The notes under the pieces were generated by a model. That model was not told where the DNA came from, ran no database searches, and saw only the letters and a list, made by a program, of their open reading frames with translations. Shown here in pieces: positions 1 to 11,049 of a stretch of DNA of 64,000 nt; the stretch's first letter is position 1; each line of letters begins with the position of its first letter. Location of the stretch: assembly GCF_004210375.1 (NCBI RefSeq), contig NC_134837.1:115816421-115880420 (forward strand), in the 5' to 3' direction. The DNA is from Tachypleus tridentatus. Taxonomy: Eukaryota. The translations under genes were made by a program, and so were the position numbers.

Positions 1-1124
1 AATGATCAAAATAAAACCTTTGATGTTGATAACACAACTAAACGAGGTAGCCACTAACCACGAACAAGACACCGAAAAACAAGAAGAATTTACACTAGTT
101 GTATCAAAAAGAAAAAGACAAAATTCGACATAAAATGATAGTTCACAAAATGAAAACATAACACTAAAAACTAAACAACCACGATATTCGATCATAATTT
201 AAGGTATTCTAGGCGCTTACAACCAACCGAAACTTGCGGCAGAAATCAAACGATGCAAACCAGATGTTACAATAGCCAGTGTCAAGCGTCTGCCCAGTGG
301 CGGTGTCATTGTCCGAGAACAAGAGGCCGCTGACCTCAACAAACTTCTGAAAGAATGGCCACAAAAGACATACAGCAAATATTTGACGAACAAAAAATAT
401 TTTACACTAAAGTTGAAAGAATAATTTCGAAATTAACACAAAGACAAACAAACTTAATAAGAGTAGATACGGAACAAAACTACAATATTTTGGATCTGAT
501 AAACAACGGAATCTCTGTGGTAACAGAGATATCAAGTCGAGCAACTCAAAACACCAGCAATTGTAGTTACACAATGTTACAACTGCCAAAGCTATGGTCA
601 TGTATGTATCAGAGGTATATCTAGCAACACCTAGGTGTTGTGGATGTGGCGGTGAACATCACATATCAATGTGTAAAAAAGAACAAAAAAAAACCTGAAT
701 ATTGGAACTGTGGAGAAACACAGCGAATTTCAAAGGTTGCGAGTAATACAAAAAATAAAAACATCAAAACCGACTGAAAACGATTTAACAAATGCATATA
801 TACAACAAACAAACACAGCTACTACAGCAGGTACAGTAACAAAAACTGAGGGAAAACAACACAACAAAAATCACAAAAAAAACAACAAAAACCAACCAAT
901 ACAGTAAACAGCAATACACAGAAAATTAACAAAAACACATACATAACAAACCCCAAAGAAAACAACATTCATACAGTAAAAAAAAGCACAAACGACGAAA
1001 GTAGTTTAATAGTAAGTATAATAAAAAAACATCTTTACAGATTTCATTGAAGATTTACAAAACCAACCCAAACCAAAAACTTCATTGATCTTATCATAAG
1101 CATTGCAAAAAAAAAAACACATAA

Positions 1125-1580
1125 TACCAAACATACCGCAATTAATAACAACAGTCACTGGATACTAAAAACATAAATTCACAATTCTAAGTATCAACAT
1201 CCAAGGTGCATTTACTCCCAAGAAACACAAGGGAGACATAATACAAGATACTAACCCTGATATTATTATACTAAGTGAAACTCTGATTTATGTTAACAAT
1301 TGATTTAATACCAAACATACCGCAATTAATAACAACAGTCACTGGATAAACAGAAATTATGTTGATATACAAAACAACCTTTCAGTAACATAAATTCACA
1401 ATATAATTGCTGATATCCTCTTAGATATCAACATCCAAGGTGCTATTTACCTCCCAAGTAATACTGACAAGGGAGACATCAATATTACAATTGTATTTTG
1501 ATTGTGGAAAAATACAAGATACTAACCCTGATATTATTATACTAAGTGAAACTCTGATTTATGTTAACAATTGATTTAAA
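1125..1580. repeat. Internal tandem duplication inside the LINE endonuclease region, period about 190-270 bp
   Basis: 'ccaaacataccgcaattaataacaacagtcactggata' occurs at ~1125 and ~1311. 'caacatccaaggtgc' occurs at ~1195 and ~1430. 'aatacaagatactaaccctgatattattatactaagtgaaactctgatttatgttaacaattgatttaa' occurs at ~1241 and ~1511. Confidence 0.7.
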
Positions 1581-3000
1581 ATATACAACTATACAGCAAT
1601 CAGGAAAGATAGATCAAACAAACATGACATAAACAGAGGAATTATGTTGATATACAAAAACAACCTTTCAGTAACATAAATTAAAATAAACAGCAATAAT
1701 GAAAATATAATTGCTGATATCCTCTTAGATAACCACTCAACTATAACAGTAGCAAGAATTTATTGTTCACCAGCTAAATGTATAGATATAAACCTACTCC
1801 ACAACATCCTTTTCCACAATCAAAATACAATTGTAATAGGTGATCTGAATAGCAAACATAAGAATTTTGGATGTAAATCCATCAATACAAACGGAAGACA
1901 CCTATTACAATTCATCGATGAAAATAACATAGCCCTAATAAACGACGATACGTTAACGCATACTACGTGTGCCACATATACAAGTGACATCCTGAACATC
2001 TGCCTTACCTCTTTCAACATAAATCAGAAGTTAGTGAAATTTAATGTGGGAAGAGATATTAATAGTGATCACCTAACTATATGGCGTATCTTCGATCTCG
2101 CCCTCCGCAAAGATATAACCTTTAAACAAGAAAAATTCGACTACAAAAAAGCAAATTGTCAAGAATATCAAAAAGAATAAGATAACATATTACCAGACAA
2201 TATTAAGCATAAAGCCAACAACCAATGAGAAATTGACAGATACAGTCAAATAATCACGGAGTACCTCCTAAACGCAGCAATGGATACTATACCAAAGCAA
2301 CAAAAGAAAACTATAAATAACACATGGAAACCAAAGCAACAACTAATGACACTAATTAAACAAAAAAGACAATTAAGAACACAGTTTATGGCAACAAGAG
2401 ATAAAGAGGTAAAAACATAACTTAATAGTATTAGAAATAAAATCAGAGCAGAAATTAAATTGCTAAAACAAGAAAAATGGGATAACTTCTGCTCCCAACT
2501 AAATGAAAAAACAGACCTAAGAAAATTTTGGTCACACCTAAAAACACTTACCAACGAAGAAACAACAAGAAAATACCCAACACTAAAACATAACAACATC
2601 TTAACGCATACTAACAAATAAAAAGCTGAAGCCTTCAAACAACAACTGTGGAACACTTTCAAAACACATAACTACTCAGACATGAACAACTATTTTTACA
2701 ACACGGTAAACAATCACGTAATAAATAACACAGAACTATATAAACCACTTTTCCCAGTCAATATAAACAACAATAACACTAATAACACGAACGAATATAA
2801 TGATATGCTGCTAACCAAAAAAATCACAAAAACAGAACTCAAACAAGCAGTAAAACACACAAAAAGAAATCACCATGAAATGACGGCATACAAGCAATTT
2901 TCATTTAAAAAGGCACTCCGAAATAATTTCACCATCTATTAGCAATCTTTAATTTATCATTTTACTCTGTCTACATCCTAGTTTCTTGGAAGCAAGTAAA

Positions 3001-3225
3001 TATGCTAATGTTCCATAACGAAGGAAAGCCAGCAAATACGAACAGTTATCAAGCAATCAACCTGACCCGCTGTGTAGGCAAAATATTTGAGCGTATAATA
3101 AGCAAATATATTAATGTTCCATAACGAAGGAAAATCAGCCAATAAACCAAACAGTTATCAAGCAATCATCCTGACCCACTGTGTAGGCAAAATATTCGAA
3201 CGCATAATAAGCAATAGACTCTCCA
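3001..3225. repeat. Tandem duplication of about 110 bp inside the RT-coding region, two diverged copies
   Basis: 'aatgttccataacgaaggaaa(g/a)(c/t)cagc(a/c)aata(c/a)..acagttatcaagcaatca(a/t)cctgaccc(g/a)ctgtgtaggcaaaatatt(t/c)ga(g/a)cg(t/c)ataataagcaa' appears at 3001-3110 and again at 3108-3225. Confidence 0.7.
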
Positions 3226-3671
3226 CATTTCTGGAGATAACATCAAAATTACCTGAGGAACAAAACAGATTCAGAAAATTTAGACGAACAACTTTAGTTA
3301 GATTAACTGAAACAATAGTAAATAGCTTTACTGAAAGAGAACGCACTGTCGCTTGCTTTCTCAACATCGAGAAGGCATTCGATACTGTATGGCATAATGG
3401 TCTCCGGTTCCGTATGAATGAAATGGGACTATCGCGTGGAATTATTCGCTGGCTCTCTAACTTTTTGGAAAACAGACAATGTAGAGTAAACGTAGAGGGA
3501 ACTTTCTCGGAGTTCTTCACTCCAGAAGCCAGTGTCCCTCAAGGAGGGGTGGTTAGCCCTATTCTCTTCATCATGTATGTGAACAATATGCCAGTTAAAG
3601 ATCCAAATCATGGATACTCATCACAGTTTACCGATGATGTAGCAGTCTGTAGAAGTATTCCATTCATGTAA
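3114..3671 (+). pseudogene. LINE reverse-transcriptase domain fragment, in-frame for 185 aa and truncated at both ends
   Basis: The ORF contains RT motifs: the block 'QAIILTHCVGKIFERII' (cf. family consensus 'YRPISLTSC..K..E'), 'FLNIEKAFDTV', 'VPQGGVVSPILF' and the YADD-box variant 'FTDDVAV'. Confidence 0.8.
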
Positions 3672-4782
3672 ATCTGTGGTTGTGCTTTTTCGTGTTTCGT
3701 TAACTTCGTAAATATCACTAGTTGGGTTTTTGCTGTGTTTTTCTTGATTCTGCATTTTTGGCAGTATTCACATATTCTGTTTAATCGCTGTTGTATATTT
3801 GTGGCTGCTGTTGCTAGTGTTGGGGCACTTATGATTCTAAACTTACATGGACAAACCATTTAAATAATATAAAATATAAAGTTTGGGGAAGAACAAACCA
3901 TGCTAGGAGTGTAACTGGCAAAAACAGTGGAGTAACACCTGACAATATCTTAAAAATATACAAACATATATAAGACCTATAATAGACTATGCAGCTCTAG
4001 CATGGATTATTGCAAACAAAAAACAATTGAAAACCAAATTACAGACATTACGAAATACACTACTTCCGAAGGCAAATAGAGTACCTAGAATCACCTCTTC
4101 AAAGTTTATGCATAAATATTCAAACATAGCAACAAGAGCAGATAGGCTCTTACATAGTACAATAAAATATTTTGATAAAAATTGGAGGAAAATGAACTAC
4201 TATGCCAGGGGTTCCCAACCGGTGGGTCGCGACCCCCAAGGGGGTCGCGAAGCCTTGGCAGGGGAGTCGCGTAGCCTTGTTAGAAGTAGCTTAAGATAAC
4301 GTTAATTTTATTTCATCAATTACATTTTCATGCTTTTACATTTTTTTTGTTTCGGTGCAAAGCAGAACGTGTGCTACGTTAGTTCAATGTCATTAGGTGG
4401 TATTATGGGTGTATGTATTCGTGCCTGTGAGTGAATGTGCCTGTGTGAATGTGTATCTGTCTGCAACTGTATGTATGTGTGTACTAGTGAGTAGCGAGTA
4501 TGTGAGTGCACGCGCATGTACGTATGCTTGTGTGTCTGTTTAGCTGTGATTAAGTGTGTGTATGCTCGCTGTCGACACGTGAGTTACACGTCCGTTGCTG
4601 ATTGGTGGATGACGAATCGCGTGACTGGCCACGCTCCCTTCCCTCCCAATACTTACCCCATCATTACTCTACCTGCACCCCCCACAAGTAGTCAGTGTAA
4701 GATCTATAGTTGCCAAAGCGTTCATTATTCAACATTTTTATTTTATTTTAACAAGGAGATAAGTAAGCAGTAGAGGTGAGTT

Positions 4783-6165
4783 GTGTCCATGGCTAAACGG
4801 CGAAGATACTCAGAATGCTACCTCAACATTGGCTTCACCACTGTGCTCGCCAACGACGGCATCGAGAAACCACAGTGTGTTTTGTGCCATGCTGTTCTGA
4901 GTGCAGAGTCAATGAAACCATCAAAACTCAAGCGTCATCTCGAGACGAAACATCCAGAACACGCAAAGAAGGGTTTGGATTTCTTCAAACGGCATGAACG
5001 GTGTCTTAAAAGCCAAAGAATCGATAGAAGTGGGTCGTTTCAGCAGCAGAGTGCAGCCGTAGTGGAAGCTTCATATGAGATTGCATTCGAAATTGCTAAA
5101 CAAAAAAAGCCTCACACGATTGGAGAAACACTTCTTAAACCCTGCATGATGAAAGCAGTAAATCTTATTCTTGGAGAAGCCAGTGCAAAGAAGATGCAGC
5201 AAGTATCCCTGTCAAATAATACTATACAGAAGCGCATTTCTAAAATGTCTATGGATGTGAAAAAACAGGTTTTGACTGAAATCAAGGGTTCCCCTTTGTT
5301 CTCCTTTCAGCTCGACGAGTCAACAGATGTAAGTTCATGTTCTCAGTTGCTTGTCTTCGTGAGATACATTAATTCAGGTGACATCAAAGACGAATTCTTA
5401 TTCTGCAGTGCACTTGAAACCACAACAAAAGCTGATGATGTCATGGAAAATGTTTCAACTTTTTTTCAAGACGAAGATCTTCAATGGGAAAACGTGTGTG
5501 GGGTTTGTACGGATGGGGCACCGGCTATGTTTGGATCGAAATCAGGATTCCAGTCGAGAGTGAAGAAGCTAGCACCTCAAGCAAAGGGCATCCACTGCAT
5601 GATTCACCGATATGCTCTCGCCAGTAAGACTCTCCCTGCCTCTCTGCAGGAAGTGCTTGAATCTGTAATCAAAATTGTAAATTATGTGAAGACTCAAGCA
5701 CTCAACACTCGCCTATTCAAAGAACTATGCAAAGACATGAATGCTGACCACGAAGTCCTTCTCTTCTACACAGCAGTACGTTGGTTGTCGAAAGGAAATG
5801 TTATTAATCGTGTCTCTGAAATGAAAGATGAAATAAAGCTATTCCTGGAGACTCAAGAAAGGAAAGATCTTGTAGCTCACTTCGAAAATGAAACATGGAA
5901 TAGAAGGGTTGCGTACCTAGCCGACATTTTTGACCAACTGAACAAGCTCAATTTGAAGCTTCAAGGAAGGGAAACACATGTTCTCCTTTTTCAAGATAGT
6001 CTTCGGGCCTTTGTTTCCAAACTGCAGAACTGGCGTCGGAAAACCAATCTTGGAAACATCGCTATGTTTGAAAAACTTTGTGGAGTGACGGATGAGTCTC
6101 AGATTCAACTGGATCAGTTCCTCAAGGATGAGATTACCGAACATCTTCAGTCTCTAGAAAAGTAA
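4783..6165 (+). CDS. hAT transposase ORF of 460 aa, ZBED5/FAM200/GTF2IRD2-like. It ends at a TAA that interrupts the conserved reading frame, so it is probably an inactive, recently decayed copy
   Basis: The N-terminus 'RRYSECYLNIGFTTVLANDGIEKPQCVLCHAVLSAESMKPSKLKRHLETKHPE' is characteristic of domesticated Charlie-like transposases. 'FQLDESTDVSSCSQLLVFVRY' and 'HCMIHRYALASK' are further hAT core motifs. Confidence 0.8.
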   Translation: MSMAKRRRYSECYLNIGFTTVLANDGIEKPQCVLCHAVLSAESMKPSKLKRHLETKHPEHAKKGLDFFKRHERCLKSQRIDRSGSFQQQSAAVVEASYEIAFEIAKQKKPHTIGETLLKPCMMKAVNLILGEASAKKMQQVSLSNNTIQKRISKMSMDVKKQVLTEIKGSPLFSFQLDESTDVSSCSQLLVFVRYINSGDIKDEFLFCSALETTTKADDVMENVSTFFQDEDLQWENVCGVCTDGAPAMFGSKSGFQSRVKKLAPQAKGIHCMIHRYALASKTLPASLQEVLESVIKIVNYVKTQALNTRLFKELCKDMNADHEVLLFYTAVRWLSKGNVINRVSEMKDEIKLFLETQERKDLVAHFENETWNRRVAYLADIFDQLNKLNLKLQGRETHVLLFQDSLRAFVSKLQNWRRKTNLGNIAMFEKLCGVTDESQIQLDQFLKDEITEHLQSLEK

Positions 6166-6166
6166 G

Positions 6167-6590
6167 TCGAGCATTACTTCCCTGAGCTATCACAGGAACA
6201 GGAGGCCCTGGTAAGGAACCCATTTTGTACTGAACTTGATGTATCCAGCATCCCAGATGATATCCAAGATGAATTTCTGGATCTAAGGAACGACTCTTCA
6301 GCTCGTGATCTCTTCAAGGTGAAATCCGTGACTCAGTTCTGGTGCGCTATGTATCAGTCATACTCCAAAGTCAGCAAGATAGCTTTACGTGTCCTTGTTC
6401 CATTTGCTTCTACCTACTTGTGTGAGGCAGGATTTTCCACTCTTGTCAATATAAAAAACAAAGAATAGGAACAGATTGGATGTTAGAGATGACATGAGAC
6501 TGGCTCTAACAAACACTCAGCCACGAATTTCAAAGCTTGCTGCTGAAATGCAGCATCAGGCATCTCACTAGCTGGGTTGGATAGCTGTTC
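6167..6590 (+). pseudogene. C-terminal hAT dimerisation region of the same transposase, cut off from the main ORF by an in-frame TAA (6164-6166) and carrying a 1-bp frameshift near 6465
   Basis: After the stop the frame continues as 'VEHYFPELSQEQEALVRNPF...FWCAMYQSYSKVSKIALRVLVPFASTYLCEAGFSTLVNIKNKE'. It then shifts by one base to 'RNRLDVRDDMRLALTNTQPRISKLAAEMQHQASH', the typical hAT C-terminus. Confidence 0.7.
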
Positions 6591-7384
6591 AAACTTATGT
6601 TAATATTATTTTAAGAAATATATGTTCTTTTTGTGAATTCAGGTTGGACCAATGTGATTTAATTTGCTAATAAATAATTACAGAATTTTTAAATATTTTT
6701 TTTAGATGTTTCTTTCCCTCTCCTTCACAGAAAATAAAAGAAAAATTAAGCTGCTGATAGTAAGCCCTAAGTAGGGGGTCACATGGGTTTTAAACTTTTA
6801 GGTAAGGGGTCGCGAGTGCCAAAAGGTTGGGAACCCCTGATGTAGCCTTTCGGGGTTGGAAGTGGTGAAGAAACTTGTTTAAGAGCAGGCCAATAAATGA
6901 AAAAGCTGAGAGTGTTATAAATTTTTAATAAAATGGTCATTAAAATAAATCAAGTGTAATAGTATTTTAGAAGTTTTAAATTTTTATTAAATAGTAAACA
7001 ATGAGTTTATATAAAAACTGAAAAGTATTATGTGATCAGTGTGCTTAGATTTTCAGGGAGGTCAGGCCTACATGGTTGCATCTCTGAAACACAGATACAG
7101 TGAACGATTCTGAAAAAACTGTAAAGCAAAACATTGAGTGTCTAATTAAATAAAAATTAGATTTTGGTGTTATAAGGTCGCTTATTTTTTAGTGTTACAT
7201 GTCAAATTTGTTCACAATCATTCCAGCAATTCGCCAGTGATAAGCGAACATACATACATAATTACTTCAGTGTTTTATTCAGTATTTTATTAATTATTCT
7301 CTGTTTTTCTTAAGTTGTCATGAAGTTGCTATAACGACCTATTACAGCTACACTGAGAAGTGATCCGCATTATATATGATTCAT

Positions 7385-7725
7385 AAAATAATACTTAAGC
7401 GAGGGAAGGGTTTTGTTTGTTTGTTTTTTGGAATTTCGCTTGTTTGTTTGTTTTGGAATTTCGCACAAAGCTACTCGAGGGCTATCTGTGCTAGCCGTCC
7501 CTAATTTAGCAGTGTAAGACTAGAGGGAAGTCAGCTAGTCATCACCACCCACCGCCAACTCTTGGGGTGCTCTTTTACCAACGAATAGTGGGATTGACCG
7601 ACACATTATAACGCCCCAGGCTGGGAGGACGAGCATGTTTAGCGCGACGCGGGCGCGAATTCGCGACCTTCGGATTACGAGTCGCACGCCTTACGCGCTT
7701 GGCGAGGGAAGGGAGTAGTGATTGT
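7385..7725 (-). mobile_element. tRNA-derived SINE-like element on the minus strand: a GC-rich tRNA-like head at 7600-7725 and a (gcgaaattccaaaacaaacaaaca)x2 tail at 7385-7470
   Basis: The reverse complement reads 'gccaagcgcgtaaggcgtgcgactcgtaatccgaaggtcgcgaattcgcgcccgcgtcgc', with a T-arm-like 'GGTCGCGAATTCGCGCC' (cf. GGTTCGAATCC). This GC-rich island sits in AT-rich DNA, and the tail is a tandem duplication ending in an (aaac)n-like run. Confidence 0.5.
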
Positions 7726-10700
7726 TGAGGTCTATCGCGACGTTGTGAAATATTGCACTTTCTGTTGCAACGTTATCGGTTTGATTTTTAATGTAACTGT
7801 TGTGAAACTCAAACAATTGAGTTATACAGTAGGCTTTTGTTTATCAGTAACGAATGATAAACAGTAACTGTACTTTTCAGGTTCTAACTACTTGTGATAT
7901 AATATTATAGCATAGCGCCGTATCCTATAGTATATGAACGAAGCATTTTTCATTGGACTTAAAAAGTAAAGGATAAGAAAAATTAAGGTGAGATCTGTCT
8001 TATATTGTAATAATGAGGACATAGTCATACAAGACCTATTTCATTTTACTAATCCAATATTTGAAACGAAGAAAGTGGAAAAACTTATGGTATACTACGA
8101 AAAAGGGCTAATGTTAAATCGATGGTCTGTTGGGATTTCATCAGTTTATGAAATATGGTACGAATTTTGTGATGTATTTATTTCCCTTAAATTAAAATGC
8201 TTGAACACTAGCTTATAGGGCGTCCTAGCCCGAATCATTGTGAAAATAAAAAAAAACATCTATTTAACACAGCTATTTTTTGTAGTATAACTTCGACTAT
8301 AAGTTTTCCACTTTTTCTTTGTTTTCATTTTCATCGTACCGAAGTGGTTGTTTTTAGATTTAGTGATTATGCCGATGTTTAAGCTCACACTAACAGCAAT
8401 AATTACTAAATTAGGCTACTTTCACAGGTTTTGGTGTAAATAATAAAAAAATAATTTATTGTTAATTAAATTAAAATGGCAAACTTCAAACTAGGTCTGC
8501 AGTTAAACGTACAAAACTGCTAATTAGGATTTTAGGGTTTTACAACTTAAATGGAAGTCAAATTACTGTTGTGTTATACTGAGTAGCAATATGACGTTCA
8601 GTTTCAACTATCTTTAGGGAAGACGAAACTGCGTAAGTCAAATTATTAATATAGTTGTAATAACTCATGGACTTAAGTTATTACGCTTTTGCTATAACAG
8701 AGGTACATTCAATGAGCAGCATTAATTATTTTTATAATAAATTTTCGTTAAAAATATTAATTTTACAATATTGTTTTTAAATTATAGGACATAAAAGGTA
8801 ATTTAGCCTATATCCATCAAGGATATCCTGACCCTCAACAAACAAAAAAAAATCTGGTTCTGGACCCCTAAATATTGATATTCATTTTTTTAAACAGTTA
8901 AACTCATGTAAAGTTAGTTTCTACTGCTCCAATTGTAAATTTATTCATGAGATTACCATCTTATTGGAGAAATAAAGCAGGTTTTAAAGCTTCATAAGAA
9001 TGTTAGGATTTAAGTAAATACAACACAAGTATATATGTTTGTGGTAACACATCTTTTATTAATATAATAACTGAGTATCTTGAAGTTTATGATTAATCTA
9101 ATACTTTATATCTTATAAAACACAAGAAACTGAGTTACATAGAAATGATATCATTGAAGTGGTTAAAGTACTTTAAGAATATGTAAATAATATAGCATAT
9201 AGACATCAAGGAAACATTCAATTCCTCATGAAGAAAAGAAAAACTAATTGCATCTTTTAATTGTGATTGATTCCTCACTTAAACTCCTGTAAAGTTCTGC
9301 AGCTTCCACTACTGCCCTAGGGCAACTTAATCCAATATTCAATGATATTAACAACATAAAGCAATCTTATTGGAGCCTAGCCTGTTTTTTCAAAATTTTA
9401 AGCAGGTGTTCTCTCTTCATATTGTTTTGGGAATATCCTTATAACTTTAAAATTCAAATCCTTGTAATGGACAGAGTGCAGCTATTCCATTGTGTATCTT
9501 TGGGCTAAAAACACACACACAAATCATATTACAGCACATAGCAATTAAAATGTTGACTATCCATAAAATTTTAAGCTCTGTTCAATGAATTTGCAAAGCA
9601 TCTTTGATCAGAGTTTTGAAAAAGTTTTCCTATAAGTATAAGAGTAGTAGGCTTGTATATACTTGGACAGTTTTATCAACTTGCTTGAAAAGAGAGGTAA
9701 CTAGCCAACTTTCAATATTCTGGCACTTGCACACTATTCACGGATTTGCAAAACATATCAGTAAGTAGCTCAAATACCCACTCCTTAACCTCCTTCAAAC
9801 CTTTGTGAAATGTTATTACAATCAGGAGCCTTATCATTCTTTATACTTGCTAATTTTTTTCTTAAGTTCGTAATTACTGTGATCATCTTTAAAAAAATTA
9901 TCATATGAAAATATTTTGTTACTGTAATATTGTTTATTATAATACAGAGAGAAGAACACTAGACAAATTATAAACAAGTTAGCAAATTTGTGAAGTGTTG
10001 AATTCTCAATGTTTTTTTTTATATAATTTGGAAACTCTTAAAAAGGTGGCTGTTCTGTGTACCACATTATTATGTGACTACTATTTTTTATTTAATTTAA
10101 TTGTGTATTGGTATACAGAAAACATATTAATACTAGAAATAAATGATCACTTGAGGCTCAATTTCAATTTGTGTTTTAGTGAAGACTTCTGAAGAAGATG
10201 TAAAGTGATATTTTGAGTGTCTAATTAAATAACAACATTTTGTGGTTATAAGGTCATTTATTTCTACTGTTAATACTACAATTTTTTGAAAATAGTCTTT
10301 TTTTTTTTAGTATTGCTAATCACATATTGTATGTATGCTACATGATGCAATATATTGTAGTCTATCATCATGATGTGATGCAGAATGTTACTTTTAAACT
10401 TTGAAAGAAAACAGAAAGTTGTTCCTTCTTGTGAATATTATTATTTATCTCAAATACTGACTTAGAGTATTTGAACACTTAATATTATGAGAAGGTTCAA
10501 TTTGTTAATGATTTGACCTAATAATCTTTACATACATATCCACCTTCTTCAAAATATTTTACACATTGGTTTTGAGGACAAACAATAAGAATTGAAGATA
10601 AAAAAATGAAATTACTACTTGTTATTTTTAGCTTACATTAATAATGAAAACAAAATTCACTACAGCAATTGATAATTTATATATTGGTAGAGAATATTTT

Positions 10701-11049
10701 ACCTGTTAAGATTATTTATAATTGAACCGTCAGGTTAATTCAACAACTAATTTTAGTTTTTGACTTATATAAACTTCTATAAATGTAAGATTGTTTCTAC
10801 CTTTAATTGGCAGTAGTTAAAACTATTTTTGTTTATTAGTTTGCCAAACATTAAAATTGCATGTTATCATTTGCTTTATTTTTTTCTACATTTTTGTAAC
10901 ATGGTAATTGGTTGAACAAAATGAGTGTCACTCTGAATAGTGCAGTTGTTGCTCATTTCAGACTTGTTCATTATGAAGACTTTGCCTAAATTATTCATAA
11001 AATAATGTTAAATGGTTATTATTTCTCTATTGTTAATTACAATTCATTT

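Larger units (their letters stand above)
1..3900 (+). mobile_element. Non-LTR (LINE) retrotransposon, 5'-truncated at the window edge. ORF1 CCHC zinc-knuckle region is around 540-740, the APE endonuclease around 1190-2110, and the RT around 2990-3671. The 3' part continues to about 4200 and resumes after the hAT insertion
   Basis: Translation gives knuckle-like Cys/His spacing (C-N-C...YGH...C...C-G-G-E-H). The APE start reads 'INIQGAFTPKKHKGDIIQDTNPDIIILSETLIYVNN' and ends near 'SDHLTIWRIFDL'. The RT reads 'SYQAIILTHCVGKIFERIISNRL...FLNIEKAFDTVWH...VPQGGVVSPILFIMYVNNMP...FTDDVAV'. The sense strand is A-rich, as is usual for LINE coding strands. Confidence 0.75.
4206..6839 (+). mobile_element. 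hAT-superfamily DNA transposon (Charlie / ZBED5-FAM200-like), inserted into the LINE. Terminal inverted repeats are CAGGGGTTCCCAACC
   Basis: The left end 'caggggttcccaaccggtgggtcgcgacccc' (4206-) and the reverse complement of the right end 'caggggttcccaaccttttggcactcgcgacccc' (ending 6839) share a 15-bp terminal inverted repeat plus a subterminal 'tcgcgacccc'. The transposase ORF lies between them. No matching 8-bp target-site duplication was found in the flanks ('tactatgc' versus 'atgtagcc'). Confidence 0.8.

Noticed and set aside
4380-4570. A TG-rich stretch ('gtgtatgtattcgtgcctgtgagtgaatgtgcctgtgtgaatgtgt...') considered as a microsatellite or regulatory element
   Set aside because: It is an imperfect, degenerate TG-rich region inside the hAT 5' UTR, with no clean unit structure. 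It is most likely decayed simple sequence that belongs to the transposon.
6161-6191. A 'gtaagt ... cacag' pair around the transposase TAA in hAT 1 that could be a 31-nt intron rescuing the ORF
   Set aside because: It is too short for a metazoan intron. It would remove the conserved 'HYFP' motif that is present in frame after the stop. A simple nonsense mutation in a decaying TE fits better.
4198-6847. An 8-bp target-site duplication for hAT 1
   Set aside because: The flanking octamers ('tactatgc' and 'atgtagcc') do not match at any ±2-bp offset. The element may have inserted long ago or the flanks have mutated. I therefore report only the terminal repeats.
7136-10275. A short shared motif 'tgagtgtctaattaaataa...ttataaggtc..ttattt' at 7136-7200 and 10211-10275, considered as a small repeat family
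   Set aside because: The match is only about 60 bp and lies in AT-rich sequence. It could be a fragment of a larger decayed repeat, and it is too weak to call as a distinct element without a genome-wide search.
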